DNA from: an uncultured Clostridia bacterium
GTDB taxonomy: Bacteria > Bacillota > Clostridia > TANB77 > CAG-508
DNA: 64,000 nt
Direction: 5' to 3'
Assembly (NCBI GenBank): GCA_944387565.1
Contig: CALXFJ010000005.1
Location: forward strand, 1,333 to 65,332
Position numbers and translations under genes: made by a program. The notes below the pieces were generated by a model, which saw only the letters and a program-made list of their open reading frames with translations, made no database searches and was not told the DNA's origin. Shown piece after piece: positions 1 to 10,146 of this stretch. The first letter of the stretch is position 1, and each line of letters starts with the position of its first letter.

Positions 1-1155
1 TTGATTTATTCTTTGTTCAAATTCTTTAAATGTAAGTGGTCTATTATCAAATGCTGATGGTAATCTAAATCCATAATTTACTAATGATTCTTTTCTTGCT
101 CTATCTCCATTATACATTGCTTTTACTTGTGGTATTGTTGCATGTGATTCATCTATTAGTAATAAAAAGTCTTTTGGGAAATAATCAAATAATGTATATG
201 GAGGACTTCCTGCTGGTCTTCCACTTATATGTCTTGAATAATTTTCTATTCCTGAACAAAATCCCGTCTCTTTCATCATTTCTATATCAAAATTTGTTCT
301 TTCTTCTATTCTTTGTGCTTCAATTAATTTATTTTGTGATTTAAAATATTTTACTCTTTCTTCCATTTCTTGCTCTATTGTTACAATTGCTCTATCCATT
401 TTCTCTTTTGTTGTAACATAGTGTGATGCTGGTGAAATTAGTATATGTCTTCTTGTTCCTATTGGCTTTCCTGTTAATGCATTTATTTCTACTATTCTAT
501 CTATTTCATCTCCCCAGAATTCAACTCTTATAGCATTTTCTGATTGGTCTGATGGGTAGATTTCTACTATATCTCCTTTAGCTCTAAAAGTTCCTCTTCT
601 AAAATCTATTTCATTTCTTGTATATTGCATACTAACTAATTTCTTTAATACCTCGTCTCTTGACTTTTTCATACCAGGTCTTAATGATAACATCATTTCT
701 TGGTAGTCAATAGGGTCTCCCAAACCATATATACATGAAACAGAAGCAACTATTATTACATCTCTTGTTTCAAATAAAGACAATGTTGCTGAATGTCTTA
801 ATTTATCTATTTCATCATTTACAGAAGAGTCTTTTTCGATATAAGTATCTGTTGATGGAATATAACTTTCTGGCTGGTAATAATCGTAATAACTAACAAA
901 ATACTCAACATTGTTTTCAGGGAAAAACTCTTTAAATTCACTATATAGTTGCCCTGCTAATGTCTTATTATGAGCTAAAACAAGTGTTGGTTTTTGTACT
1001 TTCTCAATTATATTTGCCATTGTAAATGTTTTTCCAGAACCTGTAACACCAAGAAGTGTTTGGTATTTCTTACCTTCTAATACTCCTTTACTTAAATATT
1101 CAATTGCTTTTGGTTGGTCTCCTGTTGGTTTATATTCTGAATGTAATTTAAACAT
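1..1155 (-). CDS. uvrB: Excinuclease ABC subunit B, N-terminal ~385 codons (3' end lies beyond the left edge)
   Basis: Not in the ORF track because it is open to the edge. Own translation from ATG 1155: [36 protein letters not shown] (Walker A)..[29 protein letters not shown] lies upstream of the ATG. Confidence 0.95.
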   Translation of the reverse strand, partial: MFKLHSEYKPTGDQPKAIEYLSKGVLEGKKYQTLLGVTGSGKTFTMANIIEKVQKPTLVLAHNKTLAGQLYSEFKEFFPENNVEYFVSYYDYYQPESYIPSTDTYIEKDSSVNDEIDKLRHSATLSLFETRDVIIVASVSCIYGLGDPIDYQEMMLSLRPGMKKSRDEVLKKLVSMQYTRNEIDFRRGTFRAKGDIVEIYPSDQSENAIRVEFWGDEIDRIVEINALTGKPIGTRRHILISPASHYVTTKEKMDRAIVTIEQEMEERVKYFKSQNKLIEAQRIEERTNFDIEMMKETGFCSGIENYSRHISGRPAGSPPYTLFDYFPKDFLLLIDESHATIPQVKAMYNGDRARKESLVNYGFRLPSAFDNRPLTFKEFEQRINQ

Positions 1156-1451
1156 ATTTATTCTCCATTCTTTTTATTATGATTACTATTAACCAAAAAA
1201 ATTCGTGTAATAAGTATTTTTTTATCAAAAATTTGACTATTTTTTCTGCTGTTACACGAATAGGGTCACAAACTTAATTTTTTAAAACTATTTAATGTTA
1301 AATAATTTAAACATATTATTTATATCACATTTTAGGTAAAAATACAATAAATCTTTCTTTCTGATATTTTTAAGTCTGCTTTTGGAGAACCTTAGATATT
1401 GTCAGCACCAATAAATAAGGTCACTCCAATTTAAAGAGTGACTAATTATTA

Positions 1452-2429
1452 CTATTTATTATCAGAAGAATAGAGTTTTGTGGTTCCATCTGCATTAAAC
1501 AATATCAAAGATTCTACTATTCTATTGGCAACTTCTATATTCACTTTATATATAGCTTGTTTAGATGTTCCTGCTATATGTGGTGTAACTATTACATTCT
1601 TACGATATTTATTAAATAATTCTTTATAATTATCTACATCAATATCTAATCCTACATAAAAAGTATCATGTAAATCTGCATATTCAATTAAGGCTTTTGT
1701 GTCTACTACTTCTGTTCTAGATGTATTTATAAAAGTAGCAGTAGGTTTCATTAACTTAATTTTATCTTTTGAAATAAAATCTTTAGTTTCACTATCTAAT
1801 GGAATATTAACACTAATAATATCACTTGTTTTTAATAATTCATCTAAATCTACAAATCTAATTCCTTTATTTATTAAATTAGTACTGTTAGAAAGATATT
1901 TATCATAACATAATATTTTCATATTAAATGCATTTGCTATTTTCATAACATTTAAAGAAATATTTCCACAACCAATTAGTCCCAAAGTTTTTTGAGATAT
2001 ATCCTCTGGTTTTTCATGTAAATACTTTCTATTTCCTTTACCTTCTAAAACTAATCTATTTCCCTCTTCTACCCTTTTATTTAGTGTTAAAATTAAAGCA
2101 AAAATATGTTCAGCAACAGATAAAGAATTTGCTGTTTTTGCGTTTATAACTGTAATTAAAGGAGATTTTAAAAAACTCTCATCTATATGGTCAAGTCCTA
2201 CTGACAAAGTTGCTATAATCTTTGGTGTTTTTACATATTTAATCATATCAGCTGTTAATTTTGAAAATATACTAATAATTAAAATATCATATTTCTCTAA
2301 TGCAGAAATCAATTCATCTTTTCCAATACCTTCTCTAGAATCATTTATAGTTAATTCTACTCCAGCATTTTTTATAATTTGTTTTGCTTCATCATTAAAT
2401 CTATTAGATGTACAATATGCTTTTAACAT
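1452..2429 (-). CDS. D-isomer-specific 2-hydroxyacid dehydrogenase family protein (NAD-binding)
   Basis: 325 aa. Rossmann motif GLIGCGNIS and C-terminal VTPHIAGTS region typical of the PGDH/GyaR family. Confidence 0.8.
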   Translation of the reverse strand: MLKAYCTSNRFNDEAKQIIKNAGVELTINDSREGIGKDELISALEKYDILIISIFSKLTADMIKYVKTPKIIATLSVGLDHIDESFLKSPLITVINAKTANSLSVAEHIFALILTLNKRVEEGNRLVLEGKGNRKYLHEKPEDISQKTLGLIGCGNISLNVMKIANAFNMKILCYDKYLSNSTNLINKGIRFVDLDELLKTSDIISVNIPLDSETKDFISKDKIKLMKPTATFINTSRTEVVDTKALIEYADLHDTFYVGLDIDVDNYKELFNKYRKNVIVTPHIAGTSKQAIYKVNIEVANRIVESLILFNADGTTKLYSSDNK

Positions 2430-2485
2430 TTTATCTCCCCCTATTTTGTATTTCCTTAGTTGATTTTAAATATACTTTAATTCTT

Positions 2486-3253
2486 TTAAATTTTATCAGC
2501 TACAATTCCATAATATCTTCTTCTTAATAAAATACCATTATCATAAGTATTCTCCTTTATATATAAGTCTAATTTTTCCATATTACTATCATTTTCTTTA
2601 AAATTATTATTAATTATTTCACCTGAAAAGTCATCTAATATTGGTGTCTTTAATAATAAAGCTAATAAATCTTCTTTAGTTTTATAATATTCTCTAACAT
2701 ATATTGGAACCAATTCTACATTTTTAAATCCTGCATCTAATATATTTTCATAATCTACTTGGCTAACAGGCTTATCATCATTAAAAGCTTGTCCTCTACT
2801 AAATAATCTTTTTAATTGCCAACAATCTAATTTATCGACTCCTCTTAATATTAACTTTCCTTTATTTTTCAGCGTTTTGTATATTTGTTTTGCAGATATT
2901 GGAGTATTTCTTGCAACCACCACATCAAAATAATTATCAGGTGTATCCATATTTAAATTATCCATAACCCTGAATTCAATATTTTTCTTACCTGATTTTC
3001 TTAAGTTTTCTTTAGCTGTTTTTATCATTTCCTTAGAAAAATCTGTTCCTATAATTTCTTTTACATCTGGAAAATCATTTAAAACTTTTTCTCCTCCACC
3101 AGTTCCTAAGTCTAAAACTACTGAATTTTTATTAGTACTATCATTTAAAATTCTAGTTATATTCCAATTTGTTAAATTTTCTTCTTTAAAATTTATCATA
3201 CTAAAATCCCAGTTTTTAATCCTATTATAATAATCTAACTCATTATTATTCAT
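2486..3253 (-). CDS. Class I SAM-dependent methyltransferase
   Basis: 255 aa. SAM-binding motif I VLDLGTGGGEK, with acidic residue after beta-2 (IGTDFS). Confidence 0.8.
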   Translation of the reverse strand: MNNNELDYYNRIKNWDFSMINFKEENLTNWNITRILNDSTNKNSVVLDLGTGGGEKVLNDFPDVKEIIGTDFSKEMIKTAKENLRKSGKKNIEFRVMDNLNMDTPDNYFDVVVARNTPISAKQIYKTLKNKGKLILRGVDKLDCWQLKRLFSRGQAFNDDKPVSQVDYENILDAGFKNVELVPIYVREYYKTKEDLLALLLKTPILDDFSGEIINNNFKENDSNMEKLDLYIKENTYDNGILLRRRYYGIVADKI

Positions 3254-3385
3254 TTAAACTCTCTTCTTTCATAAATATTTTTTTATTTTAAATAGTTTTC
3301 TAAATTTTCTTTATTCATATAGAATATAGCATTTTTGAAAGAAAAAAACAAGGCATCTGACCTTGCTTTTCTTTGATAATAATAA

Positions 3386-4549
3386 TTATTTGACAACTTT
3401 TTTAAATTTATTTTTTCCAAACTGTACTACTAAATCCTTTTTATTATTAATTATTTTATTTATATCTGTAACAGTTACTCCGTCAATTTTTATACCATTT
3501 CCTTGAATCATTCTTTTGGCTTCGCTTTTAGATTTTGCAAATCCAATTTTTATTAATAATTCACAAATATTAATTTCATCTTCTTGTATTCTTACTTTTG
3601 GGATATCATTTGGCATCTTTCCTTTTGCAATAATTAAATATCTTTCTTTTAATTTTTCAAATTCATTTACATCATCATACATTTTTAATAATTCTTTTGC
3701 AAATCTAAAATGAGCTTCTCTTATATCTCCACTCATTATTTTATTAATTTCTTCTGTACTTAAATCTGTTGCTAGCTTAAAATATTGTCTTAAAACATTA
3801 TCTGGAATCTTCATACTTTTTTCTAATTTTATAAATGGTACATCATTAAGGCCAATATAATTATTTAGTGATTTACTCATCTTTTCTTTACCATCTAAAC
3901 CTACCAATAGCGGAAAAGTCATAACAACTTGACTTTCCTCACCATAATCTTTCTGAAGTTCTCTTCCAACTAATAAATTAAATGTCTGGTCAGTTCCGCC
4001 TATTTCAATATCAGCTTTTAAATGTACAGAATCATATCCTTGCATTAATGGATATAATAGTTCATGCATTGAAAGAGGCAAATTGTTTTCAAACCTATTT
4101 TTAAAATCATCTCTTTCCATTATTCTTGCTACTGTATATTTACTTGTTAATTTTATTACATCCTCAAAATCCATTTTTGATAACCATTCTGAATTAAATA
4201 ATATTTTAGTCTTATCTTTATCTAATATTTTACTTGCTTGTTCTAAATATGTCTTCGCAGATTTCCTTGTTTCTTCAAATGTTAATGCTGGTCTAGTCTT
4301 GCTTTTACCTGACGGGTCTCCTATCATTCCTGTAAAATCCCCAACAACAAACACTATTTCATGTCCCATGTCTTGAAATTGCTTTAATACTCGTAAAACA
4401 ACACTATGCCCTATGTGTAAATCTGGTCTTGATGGGTCTGCTCCTAATTTTATTGTTAATTTTTTTCCACTGTTTATTTTTTTATCTAATTCTTCTTCTG
4501 AAAAAATCTCTACAGCTTTTCTTTTTATTATTTCTAATTCATTATTCAT
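3386..4549 (-). CDS. tyrS: Tyrosine--tRNA ligase
   Basis: HIGH (DLHIGHSV) and KMSKS (EKMSKSL) class I signatures plus a C-terminal S4-like domain. Start placed at Met23 of the ORF (ATG 4549, GGAG upstream), just downstream of the T-box terminator. Confidence 0.93.
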   Translation of the reverse strand: MNNELEIIKRKAVEIFSEEELDKKINSGKKLTIKLGADPSRPDLHIGHSVVLRVLKQFQDMGHEIVFVVGDFTGMIGDPSGKSKTRPALTFEETRKSAKTYLEQASKILDKDKTKILFNSEWLSKMDFEDVIKLTSKYTVARIMERDDFKNRFENNLPLSMHELLYPLMQGYDSVHLKADIEIGGTDQTFNLLVGRELQKDYGEESQVVMTFPLLVGLDGKEKMSKSLNNYIGLNDVPFIKLEKSMKIPDNVLRQYFKLATDLSTEEINKIMSGDIREAHFRFAKELLKMYDDVNEFEKLKERYLIIAKGKMPNDIPKVRIQEDEINICELLIKIGFAKSKSEAKRMIQGNGIKIDGVTVTDINKIINNKKDLVVQFGKNKFKKVVK

Positions 4550-4624
4550 ATTAATAACACTCTCCAATCTCATTAATTTTCTGTTTATAATATGAACTTT
4601 CGTATAAGAACCCATGAATTATTA

Positions 4625-4870
4625 TTTTCATTTTAAAATTCTGGGTCATAGCATCACCCCCTGAAATATCAAAAAAGTCAATTCATCTATTAAAGGACGA
4701 ATTGACTCGTGGTACCACCTTTATTTACAATATTAAAAATATTGCCTCATTACAAGCTTCTTCGCAAGCTACACGTTAGTTACTATAAGAATTGTAATTC
4801 AAATTTTATATTCTAGTAATTTCCACCACCCATTACCTCTCTATTAGTTACTATAAAATTCTACTAATTT
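4625..4870 (-). promoter_or_regulatory. T-box leader (tRNA-Tyr-sensing transcription attenuator) of tyrS
   Basis: In coding sense: AGAGAG..GGTGGTGGAAA Stem I elements (~4821-4842). GAATTACA loop with UAC followed by A (UAC = 4794-4796). T-box core AAAGGTGGTACCACGAG (4707-4723). This overlaps the terminator hairpin GTCAATTCGTCC..GATGAATTGAC followed by TTTTTT (4671-4708). Confidence 0.85.
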
Positions 4871-5188
4871 TCTTTTTAATACATAACTAAATTAACATAT
4901 TTATATTTTACCATACAATTTAAGAATATACCACAAAAATTTTAAAATTGTTTTACTTTTTCGATAAAACACGATATATAATAGTTATTCTTAAGTTAGA
5001 TTGTTTTTTAATATTTTTTTAAATTTATGTTAGGCTTTTATAATCTATTTAATCGAAAAAAATCCAATTTAAAGTTAATTCAAATTTGTAGAACGAACTA
5101 GTTTTAAATTCAATTTCTTGTGATTTTAAATTTCAAAGTATTTTATTTATTCCGTATATGTCATATTTATCCCAACTATTATGATTTT

Positions 5189-5364
5189 CTAAATACCATA
5201 AATTTTATTAACAGGTTCTATATTTAAGATTTCTTTTAAATCACTTACTGAATAGTTTACTAACAAAATACAAGAATCATAATCCTTTTGTGCCTTTATA
5301 TACTGTATAGTCTCATTTCCATTTCTTAAACAATTATGTGTATCTGCTATAAATAATATTTTAA
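5189..5364 (-). pseudogene. Possible 5' remnant of a metallophosphoesterase gene
   Basis: Own translation: (L)KILFIADTHNCLRNGNETIQYIKAQKDYDSCILLVNYSVSDLKEIL..*. It has a D-x-H motif I-like start, no ATG, and is only ~58 codons. Confidence 0.3.
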
Positions 5365-5405
5365 ATTATATTTCTTTAAATTATTTGCATATCCCTTCTT
5401 TATTT

Positions 5406-5879
5406 TTAATTCTTTATATCTTCTAAAATAAAATCTATAACTTTTTGTAAATCTTCTAAAGAAACTTCTACTTGATAACCTATCTTACCACCACTAAAAA
5501 TAATTGTATCAAATTCTTTAGCAGATATATCAATTATAGTTTTAAATTGTTTTTTCATACCAATAGGTGAGCAGCCTCCATGTATATAACCAGTTAACGG
5601 AAGTAGCTCTTTTGATTTTATCATTTCCACACTTTTTTCTTTTACTGCATTTGCTGCTTTCTTTAAGTTTAGTTCTTTATTTACAGGAACTAAAAACACA
5701 TAATGTTCTTTACTATGTCCTACTGTTACTAGTGTTTTAAACACTTGACTTGGATTCTCTCCTAATGCATTTGCTACATCTATTCCACTTATTACATCTG
5801 TATAATGATAAGTTTCATATTTAATATGTTTTTGGTCTAATATTCTCATTACATTAGTTTTATCTAAATTATGCTTCAT
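5406..5879 (-). CDS. ybaK: Cys-tRNA(Pro)/Cys-tRNA(Cys) deacylase, YbaK/EbsC family
   Basis: 157 aa. The NVMRILDQKHIKYETYHY N-terminus and HGGCSPIGMKK motif are typical of YbaK. Confidence 0.8.
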   Translation of the reverse strand: MKHNLDKTNVMRILDQKHIKYETYHYTDVISGIDVANALGENPSQVFKTLVTVGHSKEHYVFLVPVNKELNLKKAANAVKEKSVEMIKSKELLPLTGYIHGGCSPIGMKKQFKTIIDISAKEFDTIIFSGGKIGYQVEVSLEDLQKVIDFILEDIKN

Positions 5880-6292
5880 TTTTATACCTCTCTAACCATT
5901 TTATATAGATAATATAACAAAAATAAGAATAATTATCAATAACTATTCTTATTTCTATTTTTTAATTATAATCTAAAATAATCTTATCTTTTATTAATTT
6001 CTTAATTGGTCTATCTTGATTTACTGTTCAGTCTTTCGCTCCTTGTATCTTCTACCATTATTATCATCACTACTTCTACCTCTGTTGACTTCTTGTGATT
6101 TACTGCTACAAAGTTATGTATATCTTTTGTGACTTTAGCTTGTATTGTAGCTTCATCCTCTTAAACAGCCTTTGTATCAATTTCTGTATATTGAGCTACG
6201 ATGGGCACTTAGAATATTAATTCAACTAGTAATGTTTCTCAATTTACTTCACATATTTTTTAGATTAGTAACAAATTTATAAAATATATTAT

Positions 6293-7657
6293 TTAGCAAA
6301 TTAATTCTCTATAGTCACTATCTATTTTTAATATGTCTTTCTTTGAATATATTGACAAACATATAGATAAAGCTAATATACTAAATAATATGTTTATGTT
6401 TCCAGTTGATATAAAAGGTAATGCTATATTGGCTATTGGAAACAAATTTAATGAAATTAATATACTTAATATACTACTTATTAATAAATATGAAATAATT
6501 CCTATTGAAATCAGTCTTCCATAATTATCATTTATATAAGTTATATTTTTTATCGTTTTTATAATTATTGATATTATCAGTATTAATAATATTATTGAAG
6601 GAATCCAGCCTAAGTATGAAATCACAAATAAAAATATATTCTCTGTTTCTAATCCTCCAATATAATTCTTGTCATTTAAGCTATCTGACCTTCCAAAAAG
6701 TTTACATTGACTTAATATTTCATTTTTTTTCTGATAAGAATAATAGCTTGTAGTAAAATCTTTAGTTAACTCAAATTCATTGTTATTATTTTTTTTCATA
6801 ATTGCAACTTGTGTATCTCTATCGAAAAATGTTAAAATCGTTTTTATTGGACCATCAAACTTGTTTTCACATAGTGCTAATATTCCTACAAACATAGTTG
6901 TTAATAAAACAATTACTGAAAATAATGTTGTATAAAATCTTTTATTTTCCTTTATTGGTATTTGATTAGCTGTCATAATTAAATATGTTATCGTCAATAA
7001 TATTATTAGGCTAATTCTTTCTACTGCTACTAATGATATAATTGATATGATAGCAACAAGAAGTGTCTTCCAACTTTTGCCATATTTCCTTATAATACCA
7101 GCATATGCAATAATATATAAAAGAATAGAAATGTAAGAAAAATATATTGGGTTATCAATTATATTTTTATCTATTAACAGCTTGTATTGAATAATAAAAT
7201 AACTTATCCATGCAAATAACAAACCTATTGAAAATATTAAGAAAGCATATTTCTCCAATTTTTTATAATTTATTGCAAAAATTGGAATAGCCATTATACA
7301 TCCAATAAAAATATTAATATACAAACTATTTACATTTTGTATAAAATGTTCTTTTACTAACATATTTGTAATAAATATATTAGTAAATAATAATATAAGA
7401 ATTATTATGATTGATAAATAATCAATATGTACCTTATAGATTTTATTGAAGCTTTTTGCAATTTCATTAGAATCCCCCATTTCTTTTAATGCCTGCTCCT
7501 CTGCTTGTTCATTGGAAAATCCTAATCTAATAAATTCATTTTTTGTCTCTTCTATATGTGTTTCTAACTCATCATAAATACTTTTTCTTTTATCTTTATA
7601 TTTAATTTTTTTACAAATTGAATTTAAGTAATCTTCTCGATTAATTTTCATAGGCAA
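6293..7657 (-). CDS. PadR-associated polytopic membrane protein with FtsW/RodA/SpoVE-like C-terminal region
   Basis: The N-terminal soluble helix bundle (REDYLNSICKKI..DELETHIEE..) resembles the module that usually follows padR. Many TM helices. C-terminal NIALPFISTGNINILFSILAL resembles LPF(I/V)SYGGS of SEDS proteins. 17-nt overlap with padR. Confidence 0.55.
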   Translation of the reverse strand: MPMKINREDYLNSICKKIKYKDKRKSIYDELETHIEETKNEFIRLGFSNEQAEEQALKEMGDSNEIAKSFNKIYKVHIDYLSIIIILILLFTNIFITNMLVKEHFIQNVNSLYINIFIGCIMAIPIFAINYKKLEKYAFLIFSIGLLFAWISYFIIQYKLLIDKNIIDNPIYFSYISILLYIIAYAGIIRKYGKSWKTLLVAIISIISLVAVERISLIILLTITYLIMTANQIPIKENKRFYTTLFSVIVLLTTMFVGILALCENKFDGPIKTILTFFDRDTQVAIMKKNNNNEFELTKDFTTSYYSYQKKNEILSQCKLFGRSDSLNDKNYIGGLETENIFLFVISYLGWIPSIILLILIISIIIKTIKNITYINDNYGRLISIGIISYLLISSILSILISLNLFPIANIALPFISTGNINILFSILALSICLSIYSKKDILKIDSDYRELIC

Positions 7658-7982
7658 CTCCTCCCATTAATCTTGAAATACCATTGGAAAAATTTTCCCA
7701 TTCAATTTCTTTACTCTTCAGACTCTTTTTACCTTTATCTGTAATTTTATAATATTTTCGTTTTCTTAGTGATTCAGTAACTTCCCAATAAGATACTATT
7801 AATTTTTTGCTTTCCAATTCATGAAGTAATGGATATAAAGTACCTTCACGAAGTTCAAAAATATTATCTGTTTTTTCTTTTACTTTTTTCATTATTTCAT
7901 ATCCATACATATCTTTTTCAGCTAATAATTTTAATATAATCATATCAGTAGTACCTTTAAGCAATTCTTTATTGAATTTCAT
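7641..7982 (-). CDS. PadR family transcriptional regulator
   Basis: 113 aa. Winged helix GTTDMIILKLLAEKDMYGYEI..EGTLYPLLHELE..RKYYKITDKG. Confidence 0.9.
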   Translation of the reverse strand: MKFNKELLKGTTDMIILKLLAEKDMYGYEIMKKVKEKTDNIFELREGTLYPLLHELESKKLIVSYWEVTESLRKRKYYKITDKGKKSLKSKEIEWENFSNGISRLMGGVAYEN

Positions 7983-8211
7983 ATTTTACCACCTTTCTTT
8001 TGTTTATACTTTGTTATACTATGTATCGTATTATATAGTATTATTTTCATTTTGTCAACTACTTTTTTATAAAATTCTTTCATATTGTTGTTTTAGAAGT
8101 CTTTTTCTATTACTTTATTCACAGTTTTGATAACTTTTTATATATTACAAAAGAAAAGATAAGATAATTATTAATCATCTTATCTTCTTTTATTATGATT
8201 TATTTTGCTTA

Positions 8212-8373
8212 TTATTTACATTCATAACTACTACACATTGATTCATCTGCTTTAGATGTATTACATCCTTGTTTTGGTGTAACTATTATTTTACTTAAAA
8301 TACATTCTCCTTCATTTTTATTATTATATTTACAGCTACTTACTGTGCAATTTATTTTTTGATTTTTTTCCAT
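8212..8373 (-). CDS. Small Cys-rich protein, DUF1540-like
   Basis: Below the ORF-track cutoff. Own translation: MEKNQKINCTVSSCKYNNKNEGECILSKIIVTPKQGCNTSKADESMCSSYECK*. GGAGG lies 9 nt upstream. The C-x-V-x2-C..C pattern is duplicated. Confidence 0.65.
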   Translation of the reverse strand: MEKNQKINCTVSSCKYNNKNEGECILSKIIVTPKQGCNTSKADESMCSSYECK

Positions 8374-8444
8374 TTTAAGTAAGCCTCCTTTATATTTTAT
8401 AATATTAGTATGGCTTTTTTAATTTTTTTTATTAACTCATTTAT

Positions 8445-8836
8445 ATCTTTAATATATATTTATTAGCCAATCTTCTTTTTTATAATTTGTCATTGATGTT
8501 CTAACATTTATTTTTGTATTATATTTTTGTACAAAGGTTTTTAAACTTTTTGCTTGTAAGTTTTCAGCTGCTTTTACTTCTATTGGTTATTATATCTTCC
8601 CATTTGAATAATATAATCAAGTTCTGCCGTTCCTCTTTCTGCTGACCAGTAAAAAACTTGTGAATCAATATTAGACTTTAATTCTGTCAAAACATACTGT
8701 TCTGTTAATGTTCCTTTAAATTCGACAAAAATATCATCATCAATAAGCCACAATAACCCCAGTTCATACTTTCTTGCTCCTCTTATTATTAAAGGTTTTC
8801 TATTCTTAGAATTATTCCACTTTTTAAATCTTCCAT
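8445..8836 (-). pseudogene. Decayed AAA-family ATPase (DUF4143-type) gene with internal deletion and frame breaks
   Basis: Own translation: N-terminal KKWNNSKNRKPLIIRGAR runs directly into C-terminal ..FKGTLTEQYVLTELKS..VFYWSAERGTAELDYIIQ.. and then, in another frame, ..PIEVKAAENLQAKSLKTFVQKY... The P-loop core is missing. Confidence 0.6.
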
Positions 8837-8894
8837 TTTAATCTATACATAGACCTCACCTCTAATCCTATTACAAAGCAATCGTTCACAAAAA

Positions 8895-8975
8895 TCAAAC
8901 GACTTTTGTGATATTTATCACATTTTTCAAACGACTTTTGTAATTTTATTGTGCATTTTGCAAATGACTTTTATT
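8895..8975. repeat. Three direct repeats of TCAAACGACTTTTGT at ~32-nt spacing
   Basis: tcaaacgacttttgtg 8895-8910; tcaaacgacttttgta 8927-8942; gcaaatgacttttatt 8960-8975. Confidence 0.7.
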
Positions 8976-8981
8976 AAAATA

Positions 8982-9443
8982 TTACATATAAATAAATTCA
9001 TAATCGTAATTTAAATCTTCTAAAAATTTAATTATATCTTTTACTAAAATTAATATAGTTTTTGTATTATCATTTGGATGGAATGTTATTTTATCAGTCT
9101 TTTTTAAAGAATTATCTATATATACTTTTATATCATGTTCTTTATTGTTTAATAAACCAAATATAGAAACTGTTCCAAATGTTAAATTCATTTTTTCTTT
9201 TAAATCTTTTTCTTTTCCAAATTGTATTGTATCCAAATCTTTTAGATTCAATTTTTTATCTGCAGGTAATACAAATAAATAAACTTTTTTACTACTCTTA
9301 TCTTCCATAAACATTGTTTTTGTGGGTATTACATTAATTCCCTCTATATATTTCTTAGCTTCTTCTACTGTTGTTACAGCCGGATGAAAAATTATATCAT
9401 AATTAATATTCATTTTATCTAAAACTTCTTTAACTTCTTCCAT
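8982..9443 (-). CDS. YbaK/ProX-type aminoacyl-tRNA trans-editing domain protein
   Basis: 153 aa. The N-terminus VLDKMNINYDIIFHPAVTTVEEAKKY is typical of prolyl-tRNA editing (ProX/YbaK-like) proteins. Confidence 0.7.
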   Translation of the reverse strand: MEEVKEVLDKMNINYDIIFHPAVTTVEEAKKYIEGINVIPTKTMFMEDKSSKKVYLFVLPADKKLNLKDLDTIQFGKEKDLKEKMNLTFGTVSIFGLLNNKEHDIKVYIDNSLKKTDKITFHPNDNTKTILILVKDIIKFLEDLNYDYEFIYM

Positions 9444-9455
9444 TTTTATCCTTCT

Positions 9456-10010
9456 TTATATTTTTCTTATAACTTTACAAGGATTTCCATATGCTACAAC
9501 TTTTGATGGTATGTCTTTAGTAACTATGCTTCCTGCACCTATTACTACATTATCACCTATAGTAACTCCAGGAAGTACAACTACATTTCCTCCAAACCAT
9601 ACATTATTTCCTACTTTAATTGGTTTTACATATTCCAATCCTTTATTTCTTAAATCTATTTCTATTGGGTGTCCTGCTGTATAGAAGCCACAATTAGGTC
9701 CAATAAATACATTATCTCCAAATTCTACTTTTCCACCATCTAAAATCACACAATTATGATTCATGTAAAAATTTTCTCCAACAGAAATGTTATATCCATA
9801 ATCACATTGGAAATTTGATTCAATCCATACATTATTCTTAGTAGACCCCAATATTTCTTTAATAAGTTTTTTTCTTTCTTCTATTTTTGATGGTTCTAAA
9901 TTATTATATCTAAAACATAATTCTTTTGCTCTTATTCTTTCTTTTAATAAATCCTCATCATAATTTGCATCATAAAGTTCTAAATTATCTCTTTTTTCTT
10001 TTTCTGTCAC
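9456..10010 (-). CDS. maa: Sugar (maltose/galactoside-type) O-acetyltransferase, hexapeptide-repeat family
   Basis: 184 aa. Mac N-terminal domain (YDANYDEDLLKERIRAKELCFRYN) plus left-handed beta-helix repeats (VGNNVWFGGNVVVLPGVTIGDNVVIGAGSIV). Confidence 0.85.
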   Translation of the reverse strand: MTEKEKRDNLELYDANYDEDLLKERIRAKELCFRYNNLEPSKIEERKKLIKEILGSTKNNVWIESNFQCDYGYNISVGENFYMNHNCVILDGGKVEFGDNVFIGPNCGFYTAGHPIEIDLRNKGLEYVKPIKVGNNVWFGGNVVVLPGVTIGDNVVIGAGSIVTKDIPSKVVAYGNPCKVIRKI

Positions 10011-10146
10011 TTTCCTTCCTCCTCGTTATCAATTATATATTTTATCAAAAAATATTTCAATTTAAATAGACTTTTTTAATTATTTTTGTGTTATAATAAA
10101 AAAAATATACATGTAAATAATATTTTTACAAAGGAGATGACCTTTA

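Noticed and set aside
84-344. Plus-strand ORFs in the track that overlap long minus-strand genes (for example 84-344, 1699-1908, 19370-21799, 28018-28496, 30591-33654, 54795-57326).
   Set aside because: They are Leu/Phe/Ile/Ser-rich shadow ORFs typical of the antisense strand of AT-rich genes. They have no SD and no recognisable motifs, and each lies fully inside a well-supported gene.
5950-6290. Possible remnant of an Asp23/Gls24-like gene on the minus strand (..IQAKVTKDIHNFVAVNHKKSTEVEVV..).
   Set aside because: The similarity is weak and short, with multiple stops. It is too degenerate to call.
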